64,000 nt of DNA from Eledone cirrhosa (GCA_964016885.1 OZ024746.1:42904001-42968000); one strand, 5' to 3'; counted from the first letter of the stretch, positions 12,096 to 26,254 are shown. Translations and numbers: made by a program. Notes: a model not told the origin generated them from the letters alone.

Positions 12096-13991
12096 GGTCC
12101 ATCGGGTATAGCTGCCGAGATGCTGAAGGCATCTGGGTCTGTAGGTCACACTATAACCACATGTATTGTTAACCAGGTAATACTAGAAGGTGTCATACCA
12201 AAAGATTGGTGCAGTAGCACCATTGTCAACTGCTACAAAGGTAAAGGTGATGCACTAGATAGAGGAAACTATAGAAGTATAAAGCTGATGAACCAGGTCA
12301 TGAAAGTAACAGAAAGAGTTATAGCACAGTTGATTAGGGACCGGGTGAAACTAGACGAGATGCAATTTGGGTTTGTACCAGGAAGAGGCATCACTGATGC
12401 CCTCTTCCTTGTGAGGCAGTTACAAGAAAAGTACCTAGCTAAAAGTAAGCCACTCTACCTGGCATTCATCGATCTTGAGAAAGCCTTTGACAGAGTTCCA
12501 CATACTGTAATCTGGTGGGCTCTTAGAAAACTAGGAGTAGATGAATGGCTTGTGAAAGCGGTACAAGCCATGTATAGGGGAGCAGTCAGCAAAGTTAGGA
12601 TTAGCAATGAGTATAGCGAGGAATTTAGCATACAGGTTGGGGTCCAACAGGGCTCTGTTCTTAGCCCCCTCCTGTTCATCATAGTCCTGCAGGCAATAAC
12701 GGAGGAGTTTAAGACCGGATGCCCATGGGAACTCCTGTATGCTGATGACCTCGCACTTATAGCTGAATCTATGGTAGAACTAGAGAATAAATTCCAAACT
12801 TGGAAGCAGGGACTAGAAAGAAAGGGTCTCAAAGTCAACATGACAAAGACTAAGGTCCTTGTAAGTAGACGAGAAAACAGAACCCAGATCCCCTCAGGGA
12901 AATGGCCTTGCTCAGTATGTAGGAAAGGTGTAGGTAGGAACTCCATTCTCTGCCCCAAATGCAAACAATGGGTACACAAGAGATGTAGCGGGATCTCAGG
13001 AAGCTTAATTAAGAATGTAGGCTTCACATGCAGCAGCTGTGCTGGGACAGCAAGCAGCAAACAGCCACAGGAAACAAGTACCACCAATCTCTGGGAGGGC
13101 TCTGTAGAAACAGTAGACAGCTTCTGCTACATAGGTGACCGAATTAGCAGCGGAGGTGGGTGTTCAGAAAGTACAATAAGTAGGGTAAGAACGGGATGGA
13201 AGAAGTTTAGGGAACTACTACCACTGCTAGCTGCAAAAGGCTTCTCCCTCAAAATGAAAGGCAGACTGTATGATGCGTGTATCCGAACAGCGATGTTGCA
13301 TGTTAGTGATACCTGGGCGCTGAAGGTGGAAGACTTGCGTAGATTAGAGAGAAACGAAGCCTGCATGCTCCGATGGATGTGTAATAGTAATATACGCGAA
13401 CGACAAAGCATTGAGAGAGAGACTGAGCATAAGAGGAATCAAATGCTGTGTGCAGGAGAGGCGGTTGCATTGGTATGGACAAGTGATGCATATGAAGGAT
13501 GACAGCTGCATAAAAAGGTGCAGAGCACTAGAAGTCGATGGAAACCGCGGAGTGGGGAGACCCAAGATGACCTGGGATGAGGCGATAAAAGCCGACCTTA
13601 CCCAATTACACTTCTCAAAGGCGATGACACACGACCGTGACCTCTGGCGTCACGCAGTAATACAGAGTACCCGACCTCCCATGGGTACAAGCTGAAGCAT
13701 ATAGACAATATGCCCCCACACACCCCACTGCAAGGTAGTCGTGGAGGTGCCACGGCAAAAAAGCACCAGCCCACACTGTAAAGTGGACGTGTAGGCGCCA
13801 CAAAAAAGCACCCAGCACTCACTGTAAATGAGGTTGGTGTTAGGAAGGGCATCCAGCTGTAGAAATCAAGCCAAATCAGTTCCTGTATGAGCAAGGCATG
13901 GTCAGCCGACCAGACACTGCCCACAACAGGACAACCCATCTAACCCATGCTAGCATGGAAGAACGGACGTAAAACGGTGATGATGATGATG
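12096..13991 (+). mobile_element. RTE-clade LINE, 5'-truncated; RT pseudogene with a single frameshift near 13410
   Basis: ORF 12120-13502 has RT motifs NYRSIKL, QFGFVPGRG, FIDLEKAFDRV, GVQQGSVLSPLLF and LLYADDL. It continues in another frame at 13411-13695 (RRLHWYGQV, GRPKMTW). 3' UTR ends in (GAT)n. Confidence 0.95.
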
Positions 13992-16313
13992 AATCTCACT
14001 ATTGAAAGTAGGAAATTATTAGTGAACTATGAAGCAAAAATTGACAAAATGGACACAACAGCAAATCTATAACTAACTTGATCATTCATAAAATAATGGA
14101 TTGCTACAAATAATAAGATTCTGTTTCTGAAGCATTTTCCCATGGATGACAATGTGCAAATAGGCAAATAATGTTACATGAATATTTTTCCTTGCAACAG
14201 AAAAATAAATGACTTTACAGGCAGAAGGTATATTTTAGATACTTCACTGATGAAACGTTTGGAAACAATAAAAAGGTTGGTAATGATGTAAGAGAGCATG
14301 ATATATTTCATTAAGACTATATCTGAATTAACCAGATGTAATTACATGAAGTTAAACTCTATCACAGAATTACAATTCAGAATAATGAAATATCAAATGA
14401 GATAGTGTAAATATCAATTCTCATTCTTTATTATCTATAGTAGATTTCTTCTTTCAAAGAATACATTGGAAATGAAAACTATATTTAAATTGAAGCTCCA
14501 GTATTGCTCTTCTTGTATGCAATCTGTGACCTGAAGATATTAGTGTATTTAGACTTTCTGCTGACTACCTGAAAAGAAGAAAATCTTAATAGAATATTTG
14601 TTGGACCATGTCCAATACTTGTTTTGTGTGATGTAGGACAGGTTCAATACCTCCGAGGCATAAACTTCAACTGTTTCCAAGCATGCAAGGTAATTAGTTG
14701 GGACTGTTTCAAGACTTAATGAGTATAAATTTAGAGTCTACTTTTGACTAGTTCTAGATCATTAAGAAAAAGTAAAATGCAAGCTAAGTATCAGTGCAAA
14801 TTCAATCTATATTATTTAATATCACTACTACCTTGATAAAGATATATAAGAATTAGACAAAAAAAGTATAACGAAAGTATATTAATATTAATAATATTAA
14901 TAATAATGTTTTTACTAAAACCATTGAAAGATACAACCATGTCAAGATGCATAAAGCTAACTTGCTAAAATTAGTTTTCTTTTTTCAAAAGAAAATATCT
15001 GTTTTATATTCTAAAGCCAATGTACCTGTTCTGCATTGGTAACGTATCTTACACGTACAAAATATAGTTTTAACCAACTTATAAGTAATCTATCATCCAG
15101 ATTATATTTTTAATATATACAAACATTAGGCTTCATGTTTATCCATAAAGTTTTACAGTGGTTGAAACTATATTTTATGAAAATTTGATAATGTGTGTGC
15201 ACATGTGTTTGAGCAGTTTGAGCATGTGTCTGTGTGAGAGAAATAGTAAAAATATATATAAATTTCAATGTATACAAATATAATTGTTTTCCATTTTGCA
15301 TGATATTTTTTATCCTGATAAAGTCTAAATAAACCACTGATCACTAATATTTCAGGTGATTTAATTCTTTATATATTTATAATTAGGCATCAAAGAGTTT
15401 TATTTTACATTTACTTTCTGGTCACTGGCATCTCTATGATTAATAAGGCAAATGTTACAGGTTATTTAGCATAGGGAAACATCCTTATTACTTAAAGGTC
15501 TCTGGTTTAAGTTAACCTCAAATAATATTACATAATATTCAGCCAATAGTAGTAAAATCATGACTTAATTTAACAGATTCTCCTGGTAAAAGTTAGAAAA
15601 TAGATATAGTTCATTCACAATAGAGAAACTAATATTTCCTGCATCAAGAAAACTTTTAGTAAGATATTGGTCTAAATTTTACTTTAGGTAGTTTTGTAAT
15701 TTATCCTTTAATATATTATATAGAAATTGTGTCAGAAACAGAAAATACCTGAGGCATGAACAGGTGCTAACACAATATACAGCACAAATATGTCTTACAC
15801 TGCTCTACTGTTCATACTGGCGAGACATTACATCCACCACATATGCAACATATATATCCAAAAGATAAACTATATATAAAAATATCAGCGATAAATTGCA
15901 ATCTCTGTCTTTTTCAATGTCATTAAACACTACACCCTCAAGATGTTAATTCGATAAGACCCACATTCAATACACTTTTCTCGTTCTCTTCTCAGGACAG
16001 ATAAATCGAAGAGTGGGATGAGACAGGGTAGGAGGAGGGATGGAGAGAGAAGGATTCTCGGGGGATTTGTTTCAAGTTGAAAAGTAAGAATCAAAGACGG
16101 CGATGAGAGATGTGTGAATTAATTGGGTTAATATGAAGGCAATTCAGATATTGAAAGTTCAGAATTACATAGATTCTTGTTATTTGTGAATACAAAATAA
16201 AGGAAAGATATAGAATGTAGTGTAATATTACTGAGGGAAAATTCGCTTAATTAGTAGAAAGCTGAGTAACCTGTACTCCAGAATGTTATTGTATGTTGTA
16301 ATATCAGAATAAA

Positions 16314-16447
16314 GGTGGTGTTAGAACGTTATATACAATGTCCTTGTGGTGTATGTCTGGTGCACTGCACTCTGAGGTTCAAATCCCACTAAGGTCAATT
16401 TTGCCTTTCATCCTTTCGAGGTTTATAAATAGAGAACCAGTACTGGG
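16314..16447 (+). mobile_element. Diverged SINE family A copy
   Basis: ggttcaaatccc...ttttgcctttcatcctttcgagg...ccagtactggg matches the family A core. Confidence 0.6.
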
Positions 16448-18504
16448 CTTGATTTTCCCTCTATATAACTTTCTTACACCCTCTCTATGACTCTTCTCTG
16501 CCTTTCTGGAAGAAATCGACTGTATGCAGACCTGAAGGGAAGATGAGCTGTACCAGGTTTTACAAATGTTCCCAAAATGTTGTATGGCACCCCTACAATT
16601 CCCCCATGAGTTACAGGTTGCTGAAAATGGAAATATCAGGATAAGCAGAGTGCTGCTGTGACCTGTTTATCTTTAAGAGAGTAATCTTATGGTGTAACAA
16701 ACAAGTAATAGTTTCCCTGCCGAATACAAGTGTAAATAAACTAAGCTGTGTACATCTGAATGTGTAAGCATTTAAAAAAAAATCATTTCATTGTCACTCT
16801 TACTGTTAATTATCCAATGCAGAAAATCCTTCTTTAAATTTAGTCTGACTATGATTCCACTACAAAACTTGTGTACCCATAGCTTAAACAAAATACACCA
16901 TATGGAATTCCTATTCATTTTCTTCTCCATATTAAACATGACCACTTCCCGAGTTCTGTATTGCTGTGGCTACTATTAGACTATTCAATTTTAGGTTTTG
17001 CACCTGCATTTGGAATTTCTACACTCAAGCAGTGATTGATTCATCTATGAGAACTACTTCAGAGGCCTACAGAAGTTCCCACAAACAGTCAGACTTAATC
17101 TCATATGTTAAGGGTGGAAAACTATAATAAACAGGAATTGGCTGGGAATCAAGTGCCAATGGAGACACGACTGCAATCTCATCCTTGCTGAACTCATTGC
17201 CAACTCTCAACTTGTTGAAAGTATCTATGTACATAGCTTACATAGCTCTCATAAACCATTCATTTTCATCTTGTTTTCTTAGTGACTACCAACCTACAGA
17301 GCATAGTACCCTGTAAAAAGCTTACTTCAGATCAATGAATGCTAAGTAGAATGGCTTGGCATGTGTTCAGGAAACTCTTCTGAAGTTTTCTCACTAGGAA
17401 GAGAACTTCAGTGATACTCAAATCTAGTAGAAATCTAAGCCAATGTTTTTCATTCATAGTTGCATAAGAAGTCATTTTATTACTTCCATAATTTGGACCA
17501 CCCCTGATGCCTGTGCAGCTGCTTCTTCTTAAGTATCTTGTTTGATCTTGTAGTAATTAATTATAACATTACCATGTCAATCCTTAGTAATGACCTCTTC
17601 CTGTGCTACTTGATTGATTATGTGAATAATTAGCGCAATCCCTACTTTGCTGGATATTGTTCATCATTTCAGCTGCTATTCTTGATAGTCTGGTTGCTTT
17701 TCTCATATTCAAATCCATACTGACCATTTCAATGGTGTGGTTGTGTATTTAAATATCTGATTCCTCTGTTGGGTTTTCTTAGGTTAAACTTTCTGTTTTG
17801 CATGCATTTTTGCCATTCAGAAATCTTTCAATTCCTATGACTGAGCAATATTTTAATTGACAAAAATCTAGAGCCACTTCCTTACTCTCAAGCATGCTTA
17901 TGCCACTTCTATTGCTTCTCTACAGCCTAAGCTTTTATTTTATTTTATTTTTCATGTTGTTCACAATATATCATACCCATCTAAAAAACATTTCTGTTGG
18001 TATTATATTCTTTCTCATTCATCTAGATCTGATAAATTAAAAAAAAAATGATAAGGCAACAACCTAAAATAAGTCAGATGCATTACCAGTAACAATATTC
18101 TCTTATTGAGTTAAGGAATATTCATTTTTAGAATTTTGGACATTTTATGAAGTATTTAATGACAATAATAATATGAGTCTATCCTACAAATATCCTTAAC
18201 ATTTATTCCAATAGAAACTATTCATACCTATTCTTCATGTGATTCATTGTTAAGAATATCTTATAAAATACTTTATAGATGTTTCAGAAATATTCAAATG
18301 TAATTTCTGCCAAAGAAGAAATAGGAAAATAGAATATTTCAAGAATACCTAAACAACAAAAGCATCTTTCTTTCTCCCTACCTTTCATACAAATACACAT
18401 ATGTATATGACAATGTGTATATATATTTATAAATCTACATATTCTTATTTCTCTCTGGCATAGATGTATATGTGTACATTTACCACACTATTCATGTTTA
18501 AATG

Positions 18505-18660
18505 GATGGAGCTTGGCTGAATGGTTAAGGAGTTCATTTTCCAATCATTGTTCAATGGTATCTTGGACAAGTGACAGTTACTATTGCCACAAGTCAACCC
18601 ATTCTGTGTGAGTGAAAGTGACTAAGCACAAACTGCTTGGAAGCCCATTGGATGGACTGT
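18505..18660 (+). mobile_element. Old tRNA-derived SINE (CORE-like family C)
   Basis: A-box-like tggctgaatggttaag followed by tcttggacaagtg...tgtgagtg...gaagccc. A related copy lies on the - strand at ~37130-37280. Confidence 0.5.
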
Positions 18661-18845
18661 ACCTGTAAATCAAAAAGCTAGCTTTGTCACACATTATGTT
18701 ATGCTGAATCTTCCTGAGAATTATATTAAAGGAACACATGTATGTAGAATGTTTAGACTTTTATATGTTAATTTCATGTGCATTCTCTTCCACTGATAAA
18801 ACAACTTGAACTGGTAGGCTGGCAACCGTACAGTATAAGAGAACA

Positions 18846-18966
18846 AATTTTAAGAGAAAAATATAAGAGAAAAAATATAAGAGAAAAAATATAAGAGAAA
18901 AAATATAAGAGAAAAAATATATGAGAAAAAATATAAGAGAAAAAATATATGAGAAAAAATATATAT
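18846..18966 (+). repeat. 14-16-bp tandem minisatellite (aagagaaaaaatat)n
   Basis: About eight directly visible tandem units. Confidence 0.9.
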
Positions 18967-19262
18967 GTGAAAAAAATAACGGCCACTGTATGAAGAGAGG
19001 AGAGGGTAGGGGGCGACTAGCTGATTTTGTCACTTCCTACACTAAACATCTGATGATACTAATGTTGAACCAGATCTGGCCAAAACTTCCACCAAATTTC
19101 TTAGGATCATACAGGGGCTGGCCATAGCGAAACCAACATCACACATCTGGTCGGCCATCTGTATCAAGAAAAGAAAACCGTTCTCAGAGAAATTATTGGA
19201 TTTTTCCAAAATTAAAGGGTTTTTATGAACTTTCATCGATTTATGAACTTTTATAGATTTTA

Positions 19263-19320
19263 CCATCTGATGAGCTGATGCTATCATAACTGAGAGTCTT
19301 CAGTGAAATATATATAATGG
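19263..19320 (+). ncRNA. Minimal type I hammerhead ribozyme (Penelope-type)
   Basis: Stem I ccat/atgg; core CTGATGA at 19267-19273; stem II gctga/tcagt; GAAA at 19305-19308; stem III t-[atat]-a with a palindromic loop; cleavage triplet ATA (cut after 19316); AATAAA 6 nt downstream. Confidence 0.7.
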
Positions 19321-19619
19321 ATTTAAAATAAACCTGAACAAAATGAATATGGCCGTGGATTTTTTATTGATATATAATGCCCCATCTTCCACTATTTATA
19401 CAGGTTGTTAAGTGCTTCCTTTTATCTACTTCACAACCGACAGACCATAATGTGGTCCACACATCCACATCCCTGTTCGGTTAACTCCTTACTATAAATA
19501 TATATATATATAATTTCCATCTACCAAAACCACGTGGCTGAAAATGAAACTTCTTAATAACACAGCCTGCCCAGCACTTATGCATGCATGTATGTATGTA
19601 TACATCTGTGGAGGTGGGG

Positions 19620-19650
<31 letters not shown>

Positions 19651-19680
19651 TGTATGTATGTATACATCTGTGGAGGTGGG

Positions 19681-19712
<32 letters not shown>

Positions 19713-20265
19713 TGTATGTATATACGCATATTTCCGTACATGCATTTAACTGTGCAGTACAAGTGTCTATGTGGAAACTATATATATATGACACGCACAT
19801 ACATACAAACTCCCACACACATACTTATATAATAAGGTTAGGAAAAAAAAAAGAAATTTAAATATAAATTTGGTGTGTGCGTGTGTGTTTGTATGTGTGT
19901 GTGGTTGTGTGTGCGTTCACAATACATAGGATTTTATCCATTTATCAATATAATAAATCTAAATGATTCAGATTTCATGCTTCAGCTCAATAGACTTCTT
20001 TTTCTGCTATTAATTCTTCTCTATAATGATAATACTGCTTATAAGTCACTGAAAGAACAAACTGTTTTTCCCTTTCGATCAATAAAAACTGTTGTGTAAT
20101 GATAATGCCCAAGTTGGCACCAACATAGTCAAGATCTTAGCAGTTTTACATACATCATCACCCAGCTGTAGAATACTTTGATAACAAAAGCAGATTAGAG
20201 TCATGCTTAATGGTATATATAATTCAAATTCTCTCTTGCTTTTCATTTTCCTTTTCTCATATCAG

Positions 20266-20289
20266 TCTGACAAAGAAACCAGAAGGCAA
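20266..20289 (+). other. Candidate 24-nt microexon of an unidentified host gene
   Basis: Long polypyrimidine tract ttctctcttgcttttcattttccttttctcatatcag, then TCTGACAAAGAAACCAGAAGGCAA, then a consensus donor gtaagt. Length is divisible by 3; it is open as SDKETRRQ or xLTKKPEGx. Confidence 0.45.
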
Positions 20290-20855
20290 GTAAGTAGATT
20301 TTCAGCTGAAAGTTAGTGGCTCCATGCCTCATAAAGTGTCTGCTATTGCATTATATTGCTATGATTATTATATTTAAATTATATTAATATAGTTTCAGCA
20401 GTCTAGATGCCATATAATATAACTTTACAATACATCTTCATATATTCTGATTTCTATTATCAAGGGTAGTAAGTCTTAATTAGAGTAGGCAAAAATTTTT
20501 TTATATTTTTTGCTCTGTATTTCATGAGTAAAAATTAAAATTTTATTTCAATAACTGTTTCTGAAGTTTGTATATACCCGTGTATAACTAGTTTTGAGCC
20601 ACACCTATGTTTTGTTTGTATCAGATGCAAGGGATTGTGAATTCTGAAATTTAATAGAAATTTAAAGATAGTTGATAACCTATTCCAATTTTCATTGTTT
20701 GGAGCTTGAGAAGTGTTTATGCCATTATGTTGATAATATTATTTACTATGTTTAAATGAAATATTCATGCAGATACAAGAGACATATGAATGAGTTTAAA
20801 AGTTAATACTTCATGGCACACATATTTGATTCCCTTTTGCTTGTTCATTATATAT

Positions 20856-21043
20856 GGCAGTGGATTGGCAGTATCAGTAGAGGGTCAGACGTTATGCTTT
20901 GCAGCATAGAGTTATGGCCCTTAACGATCTGAGTTCAAATGCCGTCGAGGTTAATTTCGCCTTTCATCCTTATGGGGTTGATAAAATAAAGCACCAGTAA
21001 TGCATTGGGATAATTGCTGACCTTGTGCCAAAAGTAGAAACAA
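20856..21043 (+). mobile_element. SINE family A, full length
   Basis: Runs ggcagtggattggcagtatcagtagagg ... ccttgtgccaaaagtagaaacaa and matches the other family A copies. Confidence 0.88.
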
Positions 21044-22664
21044 CTATATATGTCTTCACAGATTACATATATTTTTAAAATGTGCACATGGTCACATTTA
21101 AGAAATTACAATGATTCTTGTGTTGAGTTTTAGCTGTAATATTTTTCCTTGGTTTTAAGTTATAGATTTAACATGTGTAGCTGAAAAATTTATAATGTGA
21201 CCAACATCAATGGTTGCAGGAAAATGATAAGAGAGTGTTTGTGCCTCAATGAGGGAGCTTTAAGTAATATTCAATCTGGTCTATATACTCTGTAACATGA
21301 AAAGTTGGGTATGGCATTTAATGATCTTAAGTAGTAAGAGTTAAACTGATTCATCAAAGTTCCTAGAGAGTAAAGCTGCTGCTCATGTGTTCTTTGAATT
21401 TTATGAACAAAACTGCATAATAAATGCATTCATGATCATAGATATGATAAAAACCTAAAACTACAAACCCCAAAGCTTGAGCTGCTGCAAAATAGATACC
21501 CTATGTACTTTATAGGAAACACTCAAAATATGCTTTAACATTATGCTCAAAGCGAACATATTTCCATCTGAATAACAAAAATGCATTAAGATTACAATTC
21601 TAAAACAAAGTAAAGTTGAAAATAATAACAATTTGTGTGATATATTGCTCCTAAAAACCTAATGGAAACTATTTTTAAATGTAATTAGGTACTGAGTGAG
21701 TGAATGTTTGGACAACTTTTTTAGATGTAAAAAATTAAGCTTTAAAACTAAATTGTGTAGCCTAAATAATATTTAGATTTATGTGAATTATAGATTACTA
21801 AAGTAGAGTAAAGAAACCATTTTTAAGCTTTGAAACTTATTATGAGCACAAATAAGAAGATAATTTAAAAATAAATGTCAATGCTGGAAAAAAAAATTGC
21901 AATACCTCATTAAAGACAATTGTGAGAACGTGAAGGTATACCTACCTTACAGGCATACTTTTAATGTTAATGTTTGTTTATATAGCTTTTATTTGTATTA
22001 ATAGTACTGCAATACTAGTAAACAAATAAATGCACTTATATAAATTTATTTGCTCTACTTTAAAAAATATTTCTTTAAAAGAAAACAACAGCTTCATTGG
22101 TCATTGAATCAAAAGTCACATAATTAATAGGATTATAATTGTGATTTCTTTCTGACTCAAATGTAAACATCATAATGGAGACTGTCATAATTCTAATAAT
22201 CTAATTTCAAAATAGAATTATCTAGATATTTTTGCTTTGTTCTTTCTTATTACAATTTCATCTTACTTCATATTGACATGATATTGATTTCTAACTTTGT
22301 CTCAAGTTGTAAATACCTAGAAAAATGCATGCAAAATTGATCATGTCATTATATTACTGGTATATATTTGAGTAAACTCAGTGATCAGAGGAGAGAATAT
22401 TCTCTTCATATGATTTGAAGTTTAACTGTAAAGGTATAGAGCTAAATACTGAAACACTTTTAGTCTGACACTTGACCATTGCTGTCACTCAATCATTGAT
22501 ATAATATTCAGTGATATAAATCAGAATTATGCTTTTTGTCAGAGGAAATAAAATCCTTTACCTATCATCTGAAATATATATTTATAGTTTATCCTTAGTT
22601 TCATCCATAAGAAGAACTACAGTAAAATGAGAAACTGAAATCTGGAACAACTACTATATATGCA

Positions 22665-22812
22665 AGAGCCAAATTGGCAGAGTTGTTAAAGTGTTAGAAT
22701 GTCTTGCCATATTTGTTCCAACACCCTGCTCTCTGATTCCAATCTAAGCTGAGGTCAACTTTGCCTTTTATACTTTCAGAGCTGATAAATAATGCATCAG
22801 CGAAATACTGGA
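22665..22812 (+). mobile_element. Diverged SINE family A copy
   Basis: aattggcagagttgttaa...gctgaggtcaactttgccttttatactttcagag matches the family core. Confidence 0.55.
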
Positions 22813-25800
22813 GGTGATTCTTCTTTCACTCAGTTTTTTCCCCATCTCTGTCTCTCTCCTCCAACTCCTCATTCTCTCTGGGATGGGCACATTGCGCTGA
22901 CCAAAAGGTTATAGGAGATCGTATACACATCCATTTCTCCAGGTATGGAGAATGGTTGAAAAATCTACTGAAAACTTCCAATGACTTGCACAAACCATGC
23001 CATCATGGTAAAATGGATATATAAACAAAATTTTCAAAAAAATCACATATATCCAGAGTGAATATTAGCTAAAAAACTGACAACATAAGATACATATAGA
23101 TATTGAATGGATAGATTAAAGTTGAATAAATAAGAAGCAACATACTATTTAAAAATCTCAATGGAAAAACTAGCAAGTGAAACACATCGAAGACAGGAAA
23201 ACAATAAAGAAAATGATGTATATACATCTGAATGGAAGACAGGTAGAAATTCTAGCTTTTAAGTAGATACTTTTAGAGCGCCAATGGCTCAAAACAAAGG
23301 ATAAAGAATTCTATTTCACTCAAAGAGGAATGAATGAAGACATTAGGGAATAAAGTAAATATTTCTGTAGAAATATAACAAAATTAATTAGTAAACATTT
23401 ATTTTTTAAAACCTCAAGAGTGTTAAAATAATCTCACTTCAAGGCGACTTAAAATTGAAGTATCCCATTATTATTGTACAAATATGAGTAAGTCATAAAG
23501 AGAATATTAAATGAATAAATGAAAAGAGATCAGATATGACAAATTAACCAATATTTATGAAAGTTGAATGAGTGCAACATGTTTAATGCTTTGAGCAAAA
23601 TAATTTCAATTAAAATTACTATTGCAATGAGATGACTTAATGTTATTCATATCAGGTCAAGACGAAGGTGTGACAAATTTTAGTTAATTAAAATTAGAAA
23701 CATGCATGTAGTGAAAAAATAATGGAAACATTAGCTTGCATACTAAAACATATTCAATGTGATCTTTGGCAGTGATCTACAGTGGTAGCTTTGAATATGT
23801 CTTAGTCTTATCCAATCTTCTCAGAAAAGGGTAGGGTTTTCCATAATTTGCCAGATCAAGTGATAAAGAATTAGCATATGGATTTACAAGAAATGTACTT
23901 GAGTTGGCAGATCAATTTAATATAATGATTAAGGAAAATAACATAGAGACAGTATCCATAAAAATATAATAGTTGAGTGAGTGCTGACATGTTTAATGTA
24001 TAGAGTAAAAAATTTAACTTAATTAAAATTACCTTTGCAATCACAAATTTGTCCAAGATAAAAGGACAAATACTTGGGAATTTTAATAAATATTTATAGA
24101 GATCTGTAATATTTTCTGGGATAATTCAATTGATATTCAAAATAAGACTTTTTTTTTACTATATCCTGTTTTACATCATTATTATTGAATTCTATTTCAA
24201 CTGCAGATATGGTATCACTTTACACTGTGATGAAAGCTGAATTGTTCTCGCAAAAACACGAGAAAAGTATTTTAACACTGAAAAGTGAATATTGGGCAAG
24301 TTATGAGTTAGTTGTCATAGTTATATATACACTATAAATATTCTTTAGGATTACTTTGTACTTGAGAAAATAGAAACATAAATAATAAGGTCAAATATGC
24401 AAACTATAATCTAGAAACAATGAGTGGGAAGTATATATTTAAAGCTGTACTTCTAGTTCTCCTCCAATTCATATAGGTTATTGATAAATTCAGTCATTCA
24501 CCTCAATGCCTATTAATCTTCAGATGGGAGTTGTAATTGAAGTTTTAAAACTGAAAACAAAAAACGCTAACGTCAGAATTTCTAAATATCTATGATATAT
24601 ACAAATGAATGTATGCTTGTAGTAGATAGCTGAGAGCTACTGCCAGAGAATTTCAGTGACAAAACATTGGTTTTAAATCAAACTTTTATCTACTCAATTT
24701 ATATTTTTACTATTCCTGTTTTATTGTTATTTATTTAAGAGAATCTTGTTTAGAGTGTCTTTTACATATAAAGTTTTCATTCTTTAAATTTTGTTTTTAT
24801 TATTTATAAGTATGCAAATTCAAACTTATCCTTTCATTGTTTATACTAAGTTAATCTTTGTCTCTTCATTTATTGTTCTCTCTCTCTCATATTTATATAC
24901 ACACACCTCCCTATCCTTCTACACATCCTGTTCACAAGCATATACATATTCAGTGTTTCCTTTACTAGTGTTTCTTCAATTTGATATTTTATGAGTTTTC
25001 CAAATACTCTTGTCATATTTCTAGGTTATTCAATTCTACATTTGTTATCTATACGAATTTTATGTTGCATTTTTCTTTTAATTAATTTGAGTTTTTATCA
25101 CATTTCAATCTCTTAGTTTCAAAAACGTTTTTTAAAACTTCTGCTTGAATATTTCAATTTGAATGACTAAAAAAATTAGAGTTCATATATAACTCATTTA
25201 AAATTTAAATTCTTCTTACTATCAAAGGAGATACAAAATGTAACTTATGTCTGAATGACACCATATTATAATATGTTCTATTGGATTCTAGATGCCTTGC
25301 TTGTTGTTCTCATAAACAGAATTAATAACATTATTCACTGACAGTAAACAAATTTCAAAAATGAATTACACTGGTAATCTAAAATACTGTAACATAATCT
25401 ATTTATTGTATTATTAACTGTTCTCTGTGTTTTTTGCCATAGCTATTCTTCTGTCAATGCTTTCGCTCTCTCCTATTTCACCTTTCTAGTCATGTTGTCT
25501 TGAATGAACATAGATAAAGTGAAGTAGTGAGTACTCTTTGGTTTGAGTGATAAAAATCAACTTCACAGTAGTGCTGTCATGATGAAATGCACCCAGTGCA
25601 CTCTGTAAAACATTGATATTAGGAAGAGCAGCTACCTATAGAAACCAGACCTAATAATGGAATGTACAATCCTTGAGTTTTTATAATGTTCAATATATCC
25701 TAGCTCAGAACCAATGTTATGTCATTGGTTTCCAAATTAAAAAGCACTAGTCTTTACTCTTTTCATCTACTTATTTCCATCAAGTTTGACCGAATCCTTT

Positions 25801-26254
25801 TTTCAAAGACTAAATATGCATTTCTGGGGTGAACCACAGTTACATTGAAAAGATACAAATCATTAATCCTCTGTCCTATATGCTACCACCCTAATTGAGC
25901 TGTTGCTAGTATCCATCTATTTCTATTTCAAAATATAATATTTGTTACTCTAAAGATAGTTATTTTCCTTACTCCCATCAGTCTTCTGTTCTGCTTCATT
26001 CTTCATAACAGTACTCTTGCATATTTCACTCACTTAACCTGGATCTCCTACTCATCTTATTGTCCACAATGCTTAGAATGAACAAAGGCAGTATTGAGTA
26101 ACCATGTTTGATGTAAGACAAAATCAGCAGTGCTAATGTCATGATAAATGTACCATGTGCATTCTGTAAAGTTAGCAGTAATTGAACAGAGACAACACAG
26201 TGTGGAGTGGGTCCTGTTAATCTTGCTAAGGACATAAACTCATTAGTGTTGGTA

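Noticed and set aside
12455-13939. Minus-strand ORFs over the RTE (also 8107-8610 and 61911-63949)
   Set aside because: Antisense shadows of LINE coding sequence with no independent motifs.
12085-14000. Target-site duplication for the RTE at 12096-13991
   Set aside because: Only a 4-bp aatc match on both sides, which is not distinguishable from chance.
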